From Phoronis australis (taxonomy: Eukaryota; Animalia; Phoronida): a DNA stretch of 64,000 nucleotides. The notes under the pieces were generated by a model. That model did not search any database. It saw nothing but the letters and a program-made list of their open reading frames with translations, and was not told the DNA's origin. Location: positions 1 to 64,000 of the forward strand of contig NMRA01000010.1 in assembly GCA_002633005.1 (NCBI GenBank), written 5' to 3'. Positions 51,601-63,900 of the stretch are shown here, piece by piece (within the stretch, counting starts at the first letter, position 1; every line of letters begins with the position of its first letter). Both the position numbers and the translations under genes were made by a program.

Positions 51601-54600
51601 CATAGGCCAACAAGCCTTTTCTTTTTCATCTCAGCCGCATTCTTTTGAATCACATGTTGGAGAAAACGTTGTCATTTTAGAGACGAACCGAACTATATGA
51701 AAACTGCGTTCAGTGTATCCATCATAATGCAAATACAAAAGCACCAGCAACTTTGGGACTGAGAACATTATTGTTGCAGTGAACGTACAAAGGTCTCGGA
51801 CGAATCGTCAACAGGTAACTCTTTACGTGGACAAACTTGCATGACTGAAGGAGGAGGTGTAAATGTGGATAGTTTGCGGTATGTTGAAAAATCAGTGCTT
51901 AATTGGAATATGTTCAAGAAATGTGAATTGGAAGGTTGGGGTTGTGCCTTATTGGTATGCCTGTCGCTGACTTTTGTTTTCGTTTGCTGTCCTGTTTTCA
52001 AACTGTATGAATAACACACTTTTAAGTCGGCCACGCGGCTTTTAAACATTACTGTAGAAACGAAATATTTGCAGTAGAGAGAAAATTTGGTTCGCAAAAA
52101 TGTTGACAAGACTAAAAATCGTTCACAGTCCGCCATTTTTTTCTTTGTTGGAAAGTTAAGCTGCTGAGGTTAGATCAACCACTAATAAAACGTGTGTTGC
52201 TGAATTATGCCTGTGTATCACCCCTAGTGGACACGCAGGGAACCAGCGACAGTTAGGGACCGCCGGAAGTCCTCCTAGCGGCGCAGCGAGGAATCTAGGG
52301 AAAATCAAGAGACTTGCTTTGATGTTCGTGAGTAGCAAAAACAAAAATATGTGGGCACTATGTGGAAACCAGTCGCTAGAAACAGTACTCACATAGTATT
52401 GTATCTGTCGTGGTTTCCCGGTTTTCCGCGCTAATCAGTCAGCAGAAATTCAGTAAAAATCGTATTTTCCCGGTTTTTTTTTCTTGGCAAAAAGGAGGTT
52501 CGGACACCCGGATCCGCCTTTGTAAGACTACGCAAAAGCATCAACTAGAAACAGTACAGTTAAATTGTTTAAGTTTTGGCAGCTCTTGTACAGCACAATC
52601 TCCTTAATTTCTGAAGGTCTGCAGTTTAGACGTCAATATTGGCACAAAAATGAATTTAGGTAACCTAGTGCGAGGCAACCCATAAATACCTGAAGTTAAA
52701 CGAAATTAGATGTAGTTACCGATCATTAAGGGATAAAAACCAAATGCAATTTAACTGAGAGATGAAAGTACATTGGTGACTCCATTGTTGACGTCATTGT
52801 ATCAACGCACATTCTGTGAAGACTCATTAGAATCACTTACTTTTCTGTTTGCCTTGAACAACGACAAGTCGAAGGCTAAGTCGTGTTTGGCTTTCTCGAA
52901 GAGATCACTCTGTAGCTGAGCAAATGACAAGAGTTTGGCTTCCGAGTGTTCAGCTTCTCGTCTTTGACTGCAAAAATCAACCAAAGAAACGTTATTGATA
53001 ACTAAATTAAACAAAAATATTTGACGAAATTTCTTTGTCATCGGGTAAGAAGACAATCTTTTGTTAATAAATCATTGGAGATACTAGAGTAAGGCTCGGA
53101 GTAAGATGCCCAGTCGGGAATTAACGGAAATGAGATTACAAACGTTCTCATTTTTGTTTCACGTGTCAAGTCACCACCTGCAAACGACGGGTGCCTCAGG
53201 ATAGTAACAGTCTGGCCTCTGATATAGTTTTAGCTCCAGTCTTACAAAGCAAGTCTGTCTTTTGGAGCAAACTGGTCGTTTTTGGGTTGTGATCGTTACT
53301 GGGGGCCAACTCACGACTCTTTGGAGTTCCTCTGATTAACTTTACTAATATTGACCGTGGCGTCAACAACTTTATTTTGTTTTACTACAACTACTATTGG
53401 TGACATAGCGTTACCAAGAGAGTACTTGCCAACATTTCAGCTTTTGGCGAAACTGTTCCTCTTTTTAAAGATTTGTTCTACCATCCCGCCACAACATCAA
53501 AATGTCCCCGTTGTTGTAATTTCTCCTTCGACAAAGAAAACAAAATAACCCTTTCTGGAGCTTTTGGTAACTGTTTATTCGGTTTGACCAAAAAAAAATA
53601 CGGTGTTGGGTCGTTTGTGGGTGTTGCGGCGAAAAGCTCACCGCTATTTCAACCTGTATGCCTTGTTTTTCATTCTCGGCGTTTAGCAACAACGCAGCAA
53701 GTTTTCCAGACAAAAGTGTCTCTTTATGACCCTTGATTTTGTCCAGCGGTCAATTTAGTGATTTAGCAGTAATAAAAGTATCCTTCAATGTCTCACTAGC
53801 ACTAATTTTTACTTTGTGAAGTCCTTCACAATTACAATTTTGTTAATTTATCACTAACAAAACCCTTTATCTGCAAATTTCGCTTAAGCACTTGGAGTAA
53901 TTAGTTTGTCACATTTTTTTGTAAATTCGCTTGCAACCAGAATTTGAACAGAAAAATGGCATTGCACTGTCTTACACCAAACGACACCATGCCAAGTTGT
54001 AGTCAGTGAAAAAGATGCATAATTTTGGATGAAGATCTGACTACATTATTCACATCAGCTAAAACTAGGGACACATGCTCTAAAATTTTTGTCTATGTCC
54101 ATTACCACTCGTTCAATCATTGAATCTATTTTCTTGAATTTGTGAAGCGATCGCCCTTTGTGTCAGCCACTGGAGCCGGTCAAGAAAACACACATACACA
54201 CCGGGGTATCCACGTAGGGCACGACACAGCTCCATTGTTTATTGTAAAAAAGCACTCTTCCGGAAGAAACTCGTGTTGAATTTGCGGTTAACCCTCTTAT
54301 TCCTTGCACAGTACATGTACGCTAAACTTGCCACTCGTCTCAGCTCAGAGCTAATCTGCTGGTCAACAATTTCGCGTTTAGAACTTGTTGAATACTACAG
54401 TAGCTACGGCAGCATTATTTGAATGTTATACATAGCTAATGTTTCTACTTTGTTAGTGGAATAATACTAATTTGTCATAGACATGCAATTCTAACATTAA
54501 TCAGAGTCCTACCTAGCGCTGTAAGTAACCCGTAAGACTGCGATGACTAGTTTGGCTGCTTGCTTGAATCTGGCCAACGGCTGCAATAGAAGAGAGCGAC

Positions 54601-57600
54601 TCAAGGCTTAGCTGGTAACACAAGTTTTTGATCATAACAATTACAGAAAAATAAGCGATAATGTGCAGTTTAATCTCGAAGAATATTGAAGTCTAAATAC
54701 ATAAACATTCGAAGTTTCAGCTAAACCTCTAGCCATCGACGGACATGTTACCAAATGAAAAACTAAAAAACTGCCTGAGGTGGACACACGTGTATTGCAG
54801 AGCAGCGGGTAAGAAGCCGGCTGCGATATCATGTGGCCCTCAAGTTTGCGTTATTTGCTCGTTTTTACTTAGTCTATCGTGCATTTCAGTACATGTAGAA
54901 GTGAAAGGGCAGAGAATACAAGACAGAATAAAGTTTCTGTGCTCATTTGTAGGGCATTTGATGTGACACGACTCAAAACGTTTCTTTCTTACAAATTTCG
55001 ACAAAGTGAAGAAAAAATGACAATCCATTGACGTGTGTTCTGCACGACAAAACCCTCTGACAACTGTTATGTGCCCCCAAATTCAACAGGAAAGAGTTTG
55101 AATCGGTGACGTACAATCAATCAACGAGACAAGTGTAATTGCTGGTCAGCCACTCTTGGGACATGCTCATCCAACTACACACCTGGGGAGTATTGGCAGG
55201 AAATTTTTGGTTGTATAGGCCCTCTGAGCGTATTTATGGGTGGGGTTGTTTGTAGAAAACTACATGTATGGAATTAAAGAGCAAGCGACACAGTGGTTAA
55301 GGGATTTTTGTCACACCAAGCGGAATATATGTACATGTAGGACTAGGGTAAAGGTTAGCGTTCAAGTTCGGGTTAGAGTTACGCATGTAAGCTTTAATGT
55401 GATGTCACTTTGTTCTGTTTTTTCTGAATGACATAGCATACAGTCGATAGGTACAAGAAATCAGCGAAAACACATAATTACGCAAGCATGTGTAAGATTT
55501 TGCCACGAATTATAAGCACGTGGGTCACACCAGGTTTGTTTCGTCATAGAACATGGAACACACTGAATCACGGGTATATGATCCACTTGCAGAGGGGAGA
55601 GAAATTTTTTCTGATGGGACATTCCAATTACACCGACCAAACCGTTTGTGCATTAGAAAGTTCCGGGCATACTCGCAAAACACTCGCCTTTTTGCATGAC
55701 CTTTGCGTGTGCGGAACGCACCCCTTGTTAATTGTAACCTGTACTTCTTTAAAAGATGTGTCGCTTAGCTGGTCTTACAGGACTGGTAACAGGAACAGAA
55801 CACAAATTATATAACGTACTCGACCTGACTCCCCGCAGCCGAAATATGACTCACTTTGCCATTTCCATTTGATCAAACTACTGCACGTGATCGGTTCAAA
55901 ATACCTTCAAGACCAAGGCAAATAAACTGACTTAGGTTAGAGAGGTTGAAAACTGGTAACAAGACTTTGGCTTGGAGTCGTTGTCAGTCCACTCGGACAT
56001 TGGATGTTTGCGCTAAAATCTTCTGTAAAGTATTGTTAACCTATTGGTAGTCGGTATAATTTATCACCCCAAAAACTTGACCTTTATATACAATAACATC
56101 CATAGTGGTTTGTTTTCACAAATATCCAGGCGCCAAAGTACCTCAAAATTGCGTTGATGTTCGTCTTATTTTGAAGATAGTGAATTGAGTCCCATAAGTG
56201 AAACTATGCCATTTATACAGTCGTTCTCCATTTTTAATCCACCTTGATATCAAAAGAAAATCATGTTCTAGGTCCGCTGGCGCTTTGAAAAGTAGAAACG
56301 ATTCCTTCATTGAGTTAATGATCCGCACATAACTAATCGCCCGATTCAAACGATTAACATCGCGTCTTAACGTGTTTTATAATTGATAATTAATCGTAAC
56401 AATAACAGTCTGCTTGCTGGCGTTACCCGACTTCCATCAACACGTTAACAGTGTTGAAGAGTAATCTTGCATAAAATCACGTATTGAAATGTCTGTGTGC
56501 ACGCAACAATAATTTTGCCTAAGGGATGTTTTTGTGTTCCCAAGAACTAACCATATTATTTTGATTCGACAGAGAGATTGTGTGTTTAATTCAATTAATA
56601 TTTCAAAGTCCAGGCCATGTAGTGAGAACCAATCAATTAAGAGATTTTTAATTTGCTGATGAGAGACTGTAATAAAATGTAAACAGATCTTATAAAACAA
56701 CATAAATTATCATAAATTATTAATTGCAACAAAATCAAACTTTCTATGGCAAGTTTTCCGCCTCGAAAGCGTCAGTCAACGAAAACAAAATAGAAAGAAA
56801 ATAAAATGCAAGCAAACCGTTTAGTTAAGTGACAAAAAGGAGATGTACATCATTCAATCCAAGGTCTTTGAATATATTAAAGTCCAGTTTTAGGAATAAG
56901 CCACTGTGTAACAGTGTTCAACATGAGATTACGTCTTCATTAGTTTTACTGATTTTACACATGACTCTGGAAACTTAATTTGTTCTATTTTAACATGGTA
57001 TATCCTTCTTGATGATATACGATATTTACAAACTTAATTTGTTCTATTTTAACATGGTTTATCCTTCTTGATGATATACGATATTTACAAACTTAATTTG
57101 TTTTATCTTAAAATGGCTTATCCTTCTTGATGATATACAATATTTACAAACTTAATTTGTTCTATTTTAACATGGTTTATCCTTCTTGATGATATACAAT
57201 ATTTACAAACTTAATTTGTTCTATTTTAACATGGTTTATCCTTCTTGATGATATACGATATTTACAAACTTAATTTGTTCTATTTTAACATGATTTATCC
57301 TTCTTGATGATATACGATATTTACAAACATACCCTATGCGATCTCCTTTCCACACACGTTATTGTTACTTTCGCAATCGGTTGCGTGCGCGGTATCAAGT
57401 CCGTGTGACCGCTCCGTCTTTTCCAGAAGCGTGTTGACGACTCAATGCTATCCGGTGACAGGTCGAGAACGTAGGATCCCAAAAGTTGCGAGGAAACTTT
57501 CTTGCGTAACTTTTCAAGTGGACGGACCCTCCTACTAGGACGTGTATCAACAGTTGGCAGTTGAATCTTTGGGCTGTCCAAAGAAAGCTCGTTATCATCT

Positions 57601-57881
57601 CGACTTTGCCTTCTCAATTCTAACTTTGGTAATGTGTTAGTTGAGCTGACTGACCGCCTACGTTGCTCTATTGTTTCCGGCGGTGGCAGCTTGGCAAACG
57701 CCTTAGGAAGATTACAGCCCAGAGTGCCGATGGAAGGATTTCGATAGACACGAGTAAAGCGGAATTCTTCGTCTTCATCATAATCATAATCCGTCAGGTT
57801 TTTCTTTTGGTCTGGGTTAAGTGCCGGTCCCTTCCTATTAGAAGTTTCAAGGTAACTTGTCGAGGTTATAGTCGGAAACAT
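33634..57881 (-). CDS. Second CNBD2-like paralog, at least 13 coding exons, about 692 aa
   Basis: Exons joined in frame: 57881-57333, 54580-54513, 52967-52841, 50347-50181, 47983-47910, 47114-47026, 41080-40851, 38534-38383, 37081-36896, 36584-36526, 35007-34906, 34559-34416, 33765-33634. Motifs IIRQGHKADNFYFILSG, NSFGELALMHGALRSATV, EWIYVVKTG, SLVSDGAECILINKKFF and IQPYP...DWDAFK. The first exon and the exons at 36.5-37 kb are less certain. Confidence 0.85.
34158..34275. repeat. Degenerate ~21-22-bp tandem repeat, about 5-6 units
   Basis: Recurring (G)AAAGCAGTG core with diverged remainder. Confidence 0.7.
37856..38098. mobile_element. 243-bp MITE with CATGCGCGCACCCAG TIRs and 5-bp TSD (AAAAA)
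   Basis: Perfect 15-bp TIR; AAAAA on both flanks; second family member at 41934-45972. Confidence 0.8.
38738..38771. repeat. (ACAAGT)n microsatellite
   Basis: Directly visible, about 5.5 units. Confidence 0.9.
39144..40021. mobile_element. Non-autonomous TIR element (~110-bp imperfect TIRs) carrying a minisatellite
   Basis: CAAGGTACCTAAACTACACGGTTAA...CTCACATACACGGGATCGGAC pairs with GTCCGATCCCGTGTATGTGAG...TTAACCGTGTAGTTTAGGTACCTTG. Confidence 0.75.
39490..39767. repeat. 25-bp minisatellite, about 11 copies
   Basis: Unit GTTACATCACATTACAGACATACAT. Confidence 0.95.
41934..45972. mobile_element. MITE of the CATGCGCGCAC family (5-bp TSD CACAG) split by a 3.8-kb insertion
   Basis: The halves match 37856-38098; CACAG lies immediately outside both TIRs. 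Confidence 0.8.
42074..45845. mobile_element. Degenerate TIR DNA transposon with AT target duplication (ISL2EU-like by inference)
   Basis: GGGGCTATTCGGAAAATT pairs with AATTCTCCGAATAGCTCC; AT on both flanks. The empty site is visible in the uninterrupted MITE (ACTGTGAATTGCGCG). No intact ORF. Confidence 0.6.
47792..47914 (-). repeat. 61-bp tandem duplication including a splice donor
   Basis: ACATGAGCATGACAGTGAC...AGGACTTAC(T/C)AACAC occurs twice; the second copy overlaps the exon ending at 47910. Confidence 0.8.
51110..51770 (-). pseudogene. hAT transposase fragment (THAP12/PRKRIR-type)
   Basis: KKRLVGL*KTRWVERHSA, FYDMYEHLCECFEAI, RPMSGQLQKRDIDI and FDHWFDDATRLA, with stops and frameshifts. 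A hAT-like end (CCGGATCCGCCT) lies near 52519. Confidence 0.75.
56971..57328. repeat. 59-bp minisatellite, 6 copies
   Basis: Unit AAACTTAATTTGTTCTATTTTAACATGGTTTATCCTTCTTGATGATATACGATATTTAC; begins a few bases after the putative donor at 57332. Confidence 0.95.
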
Positions 57882-59757
57882 CTCCGCACCATGTAGTTTG
57901 TGCTACGTCTTCAAAAACACATGGCCAAAACTTCACACTAGTCAATAAGGTATCCGGAGATATAATTTGTATTTTTACAAAAATAAAAACACATGAAACG
58001 TTAGCAACCGACAACATGAGGCCGATGCGTCCTACCAGAAATATTGGCTTCAGGTGAGGTGACGGAGCAAGGGGCCTACACAAATTCCGAAACAAAACTA
58101 ACTGTCGCCCATAAATAACCACGAGTGCAGCATAATTGGGTAGGATTATATGAAATGTTGTGACTATTGAATGCTAGGCGCTTATATTTGATTTGTGATA
58201 TTGCTTTTAATAAGTCGCAGTTTGACATTTAACTTATTGATATGCTATCTCCGCTTTATTGCTACACTACTCGATCGTTGCTGTAAACTTACGGACACGT
58301 GTATTGTTGAACGATAGGAATAAAAATAACCATATCTACACTTATGTCATTAATGTTCGAGGCCCGTCCAACCACGTTAGTTCTCAGCAAACGGGAAATA
58401 AAAAAAACAAGTGGAAACCGATTACTTGATGGTTAAACTGAGTAAAAGAACAGTGGACGACATAGTTACCCGTTGTATTAAGGTGTTAGGGTGGACTCGA
58501 AGGTTCTGAGCTAGAGTTTGGTCTAACAATGCCTTTAGAGCAAACGCACAGTGAAGATCGATGGATTCGGTGTCCAGGGAGCAATTGTCTTATTCCCCTT
58601 CTTCGACGCGGCACCCTAACATTTAAATCAACCAAGTAAAATACTCATGTCCCTGCTAAAGTTGAGCCGATGTCAGATTTGAGAGCATGGCCGATGGTGG
58701 GGGAGTGCCCGTCACGGCAATGTTTGCTTCGCTAATCAACTTCCTCTCTTAAAAACATTCTCATGTTAACAGGTTTTTATCCACTCAATCCTATTGCAAA
58801 AGATACAATTATAGTTTATATAGTTTTAATGCCTCTTGACCCCCCACGACGACAATTACAAAGTTGTTTAAAAACAATGCCTAGAAGTGGAAAGTTTTAA
58901 GGTACATGACAACTTTTCAGCAAATTTGTGCAACCTTCAAAACTATCGAATTTAATTCGGCAAAAGCATATATTCTATGAACATGGAAACTCTATGTAAT
59001 TTGATAGTTGACTTCATAGACATTTTCTATTAAGTGGGTGATACGTTACCACGTCTTTTTCAATAAAATTAAGTCAAAAAGAAAGGTACGTTGATAACAA
59101 TACAGCAAAGTTAACAATATGACTAAAGTTATTTTGTTGATTTAAATGTTCGAGGTAAAATCTCACAAACGCTGTTAAATTTTTCTGAAGAAGCAATTCA
59201 TTTTCGTTTATGCAATTATTTCAATAAAAAACATGTTCTTCATGCAAAAGCAAAACATTTCATCTAAAAATTATTAAGTATCGTTTTGCAGAACAGTGCA
59301 TAATTCATAGTATGTGAACACTCCGTCTGAAGTCGTTCAGCCATTACTGGCATGTATGACATTGTTAAGTTAGCCAAATTAAGACATATTTTTGGTTCTC
59401 CCATCAGCGTGGCTCGGCTTGTACGAGAAAACTATTTATATATTTATTTCGCAACTGCTTCACATGCTGCAAAACGTCGTATTGTTAAGCAAGATTCGCA
59501 AAATAAAAATTATTGTATATATTGCACTGGCTCTTTTGGTCATATGATATTTTTGTATGAATTCATATCGACCATTCCTGTGAAGCACATGAATGATATG
59601 ATAGGACATAAACGGTTGATAAACATGAATACAGTTGACATTTTCGTGCAAGGGTTACCATGGATGGTGATAATTTACAATGTTTTCCGTTTTTCACAGA
59701 GCAGTGATCAATGAGGGTTTTCATGAAAGATGAAATGAAATGACTGATGATTATTCA

Positions 59758-60250
59758 TCATAAGTCAGCTAATCACTTTTCATCATTCTGCTAATCAGTT
59801 TTCATAAGCCTATTAATCATTTATCATAAGCCAACTAATCACTTACCATAAGCCTGCTAATTACTAATCACTTGTCATCAGTCTCCTAACCACCTATCAT
59901 AAGCTTGTTAATCACTTGTCATCAGTCTCCTAACCACCTATCATAAGCTTGCTAATCACTTGTCATCAGTCTCCTAACCACCTATCATAAGCTTGCTAAT
60001 CACTTGTCATGAGTCTCCTAACCACCTATCATAAGCCTGCTATTCACTTGTCATCTGTCTCCTAACCACCTATCATAAGCCTGCTAATCACTTGTCATCT
60101 GTCTCCTAACCACTTATAATAAGCCTGCTAATCACTTGTCATCAGTTTTCTAACCACCTATCATAAGCCTGCTAATCACTTGTCAGTCTCCTAACCACTT
60201 ATCATAAGCCTGCAAAAATCACTTATCATAAGCCTGCTAATACTCATCAT
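59758..60250. repeat. 22-bp satellite with a 44-bp dimeric core
   Basis: Alternating ATCAGTCTCCTAACCACCTATC and ATAAGCTTGCTAATCACTTGTC; more diverged monomers at the edges. Confidence 0.9.
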
Positions 60251-60333
60251 GGGGACGTATGATAAGCAAATTAGGCGTTCTCTATTTTGCTAGTTAATTA
60301 TTATGACTTGCCAGTCACACAAATTTCACTACG

Positions 60334-61233
60334 TCATACACTTGGATATTGGAAACAAACGAAACCTACTGTATCAAAACTCCTGCAACTTTTTCGCGTA
60401 GCAAATTCTGAGCTGTGGAGCTGTTTGGATCTTCGAGCCCTTCGTCTCAGCTCCCACAGGTCAACGTTGTCGCTTTGATATGGAATTGAGAGTTTGCGTC
60501 TGTGCAGTGAATCGGACGAAGTGGTCTGTACGTCAGACGATACTGGTAAATTATTTGATACCTCTGAAAGTGGTAGCAGAACGTCCAAACTGTTCTCGTG
60601 CGAACGACTTTGATTTTTTGAAAGGCTGTAACCGTCAAAGACCTGTAGCAGCCTCTTGTGGTCCGTTGTGCTCACAGAACTGCGACGTGCGTTGTCACGG
60701 CCATTTACCGTCTTTAGGCTCAAGCACTCACTATCCGTAACATCCTGGTTAGATTTATGATGAAATAGTAATTTAGGTGAACTCTGTTTTGTCCACCTGT
60801 CGTCATGGACAGTACCTACCGAACTCGGATGATGATGATCTGTCTCGGACTTTCTAAGTCTCGGGCTATAACTAGAACTTCGCCTGAAACCCGGCGCTCC
60901 GACTATAACTTTGCTTCTTTCACGAGGATTGGAATTTGTCACTTTTGTAGAAGTCTGATCACCGTCTTCAGACCAAATCTTTATAGTTACGGGATTCGTT
61001 TGTGCACGACTTCTAAGCTGTGTCTTCGATGAACCGTGCTTTGGTGTGGAACTTAATTTCTCCGTTACGATGGCATGTCCATCTTTTGTATTTTCATGCC
61101 CTCCTGACTGTTCCCATGCAGCTATCTTCCTCACTACATCTATCTGTTGAGTCTGGTCCTTAGCTTTCACTAGTGGGAATCCGAAACGAGGAGGCGAGTC
61201 CGTCCGCGTGAAACCTTTTCTGCGCGATGACAT
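60334..61233 (-). CDS. Ser/Arg-rich low-complexity coding exon; probable alternative or upstream first exon of the minus-strand CNBD2-like gene
   Basis: 299-codon ATG-initiated ORF in AT-rich DNA. Its composition resembles the first exons at 12418 and 57881. Phase-0 donor ACA/GTAGGT at 60370 is compatible with the PLARFK exon. Confidence 0.6.
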   Translation of the reverse strand: MSSRRKGFTRTDSPPRFGFPLVKAKDQTQQIDVVRKIAAWEQSGGHENTKDGHAIVTEKLSSTPKHGSSKTQLRSRAQTNPVTIKIWSEDGDQTSTKVTNSNPRERSKVIVGAPGFRRSSSYSPRLRKSETDHHHPSSVGTVHDDRWTKQSSPKLLFHHKSNQDVTDSECLSLKTVNGRDNARRSSVSTTDHKRLLQVFDGYSLSKNQSRSHENSLDVLLPLSEVSNNLPVSSDVQTTSSDSLHRRKLSIPYQSDNVDLWELRRRARRSKQLHSSEFATRKSCRSFDTVGFVCFQYPSV

Positions 61234-61964
61234 TCTATTCGGTCTCCATCACTTATGAGGGTTTTCAAAGCAATAGGAAAGATCTTCGGCATCGAACGAT
61301 TGGTAAACTAACCTTCCAGGAAACCAATTTTTGGAAAGTCAACATGAAAATTATTCTATTGTATGTTCACCACTTTTTCTGACAACTTGCCACAAACAAA
61401 CACTATCCGACAACCTTGTTGAGGTGACTGACAGTTAAACAATGTCACGAACAACACGTTCGTTCTGATCAGCCAGGTCGCATTAGGTCATTTTGGTGTA
61501 AATATGAAATCAAAACAAATTGCTCTAAGTCTATTGCACATTTGAACGATTACGACGTTCATTATGTTTTTCTATCTGACCATTAAATTTGAGAGTTACA
61601 ACAGGCACTACGTAACCCCCGTTATTTATTGCCACTACTGCCGAATCCCTGTTGGCACGCCTTTATTGATGGAACAAGGCAAAAATATGGCAAAAAGGAA
61701 ATTCAGTTACAAATGAACGACATTGACAAGTGTGGCAATATTAATCATGACAATAATGATGATGATATAATCTGTTTGACTCCAAAACTCTATAAAATAT
61801 GCAATTGGGAGAATAAAGTGAAACGGGCAAATAGATAAATATCAAAATAGAAAAATTAATTAAAACTGACCACCAATTTCATACGCCGTGGATGGCTTTG
61901 TTAAAAGAAGTTTTAATGAGGGATTTAAAGGAACATTATTGGCCAGGAAACTTTTTCTTCGCCG

Positions 61965-62045
61965 GATCTGCCTCCGCACGGAATCGAACCTGCCACTTCT
62001 GCGACAGTGGCAGTCAAACGCTCTGCCGGCAGGACCAAATCCATC
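61965..62045 (-). mobile_element. Possible tRNA-derived SINE head
   Basis: The minus strand has GGCAGAGCG (A-box-like) and GGTTCGATTCC (B box). No complete cloverleaf could be folded. Confidence 0.35.
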
Positions 62046-63379
62046 TTGATAAACGACAAAGTATTTTGAGCATATTTAACTGGAAAATAAACCACCCCCA
62101 TTTCTGCGTTTATCTGGAAGACAACGGGACAAAATCACAAAAACAAAGCAGGTTTGTCTCGGTCAAAGTTATACAAGAAGAAGACGTGATGACGGTACAT
62201 CTCTATATGAATTACAGTGAACGGATACACAGGATATATAACAATATGTTGACCAGTAATACACTTAATGATGTCATCAATAAAATATATGTTCTGGCTA
62301 GGATCCACTACGAAAGTAATGCAGAAGACAATGATGAACGTATCGATGTAAATCATTTAAGAACTCCATTTAAAAAGAGGTGTTATAATGGTAATGGCGG
62401 TCATATTTTACACGGAAGCGGCACGTTTCCCAGCAAGTACTCTCGTTGTATGATGGCGTCAACCAAATATGACCTCTAAATCCGATTTCACAAAGGAATG
62501 CTTAGTGAGTTGAACAAAAAGAGACTTAGGAAGTTAATTGGGTTTAATCTAAAAATTAATTCCTGCGCATTATCCAGATTTGGAAATCAATATTATATAC
62601 ATTATCAATGAGAGTTATTGATGTTCAAAGATATTTTAACTGATCGCGTTTACTTATTTTTCTTGAAGTATTTGAGCAAACCAAGATGGTCAACACGCCC
62701 ATGCTGTTTTTAATACATAAACGGCAAACGTTTACAACATGTGACGAAAGAGAACAATGTTATGGCTGAAATAGCGCTACACAGCAGCTCATGGTTATGA
62801 GAATTCCATGAACAGTGTTATTGCAATGCATTGAGTAACATTTACAATCACGGACTTGTCTGTAATCCAAGCGATTGTTTGCATAGAAAGGACAATAACG
62901 TAACTTGCCGATGAAAAGAAAAATAATGTTTTGGATTAGTTGTATAAATTGAATGGAAAACTTGACAGGTACCTTATTTGGGGAAGGTAACAACTAACTT
63001 ACTGTTGAAAACGCATCAAAGGAAATACATTATAGTTAGTTTCTTTGAGTCAGGTGCTATTAGACAACCAGGGCCGTAAGATGACTCACGGGCAAATTTT
63101 TGAGCTAAACTGATCATTTGCAGTAGAATCCGAAACTCGCCGAGAGCTTGCAAAAAACCATATTCTGTCAGACAGTGACAACTCCAACGTTTACCCTATG
63201 ACGATACATTTATTTGCCAACGAATTAGTTCATTAAAATTCCACTACTAACCAGCAAAACTTGTTTTTATTTAAACGACTATTAAAACTTTAACATGCAC
63301 GGATACACGATTAAAACCCTACTGTAAATGTACTGGTGATTGCATACTTGCATAACACCAAAAGGTCTCACTAGCTACT

Positions 63380-63900
63380 TTCTTTATAAAATTTGGACAC
63401 ACCAGGGGTGTATGAAAAGTTCTTTCTTATTTTCGATGTACTTATATGAATTTTGGACCATGTTAAAACGGTTATAATACGAGGAATATTTGTGACAGAT
63501 TCATCTGATATTCATTCATTATACTAAGCAGACGATGGGCATTATGCGTGAGTACTTCGGTGAATCTCCAAAAATTGTTGAATTGTCTAAATAGCTGTTG
63601 TAGGGTGTGGGGTATGTCAGTAAGCCTTAAAAATACAAAAATTATTGTGTTCAGAAATTGAGATCCATTGCAGAATTATGAAACATGGTTCTTTGACAAA
63701 TATGAGGAGGAAGTGGTTAGCCACTATAAGTATTTGGGCCTCATGATTTCTCCCAGGTTGGCTTGGACTAAAGCGATAACAAACCTTGCTAGGCAAGGAA
63801 GTAAATCTCAAACCACTTTCTCATACCCGTGGTAGATGCAGATTATAGTAAAAATCCTTGGCTGATAGACAAAAAGTATCAATAAAGCCGTTCAGCTCAA
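63380..63900 (+). mobile_element. Non-LTR retrotransposon reverse transcriptase fragment
   Basis: Degenerate QGCM.S..LF, IHSLY*ADD, LQKLLNCL...WGMSVSLKNTKIIVFRN and EVVSHYKYLGL motifs with stops. Confidence 0.75.

Noticed and set aside
61965-62045. tRNA gene
   Set aside because: A B box is present but there is no acceptor stem or full cloverleaf. Kept only as a possible SINE head.
61892-62479. 195-aa ORF
   Set aside because: It spans a SINE-like segment and has no recognisable domain or splice support. It cannot be called without a search.
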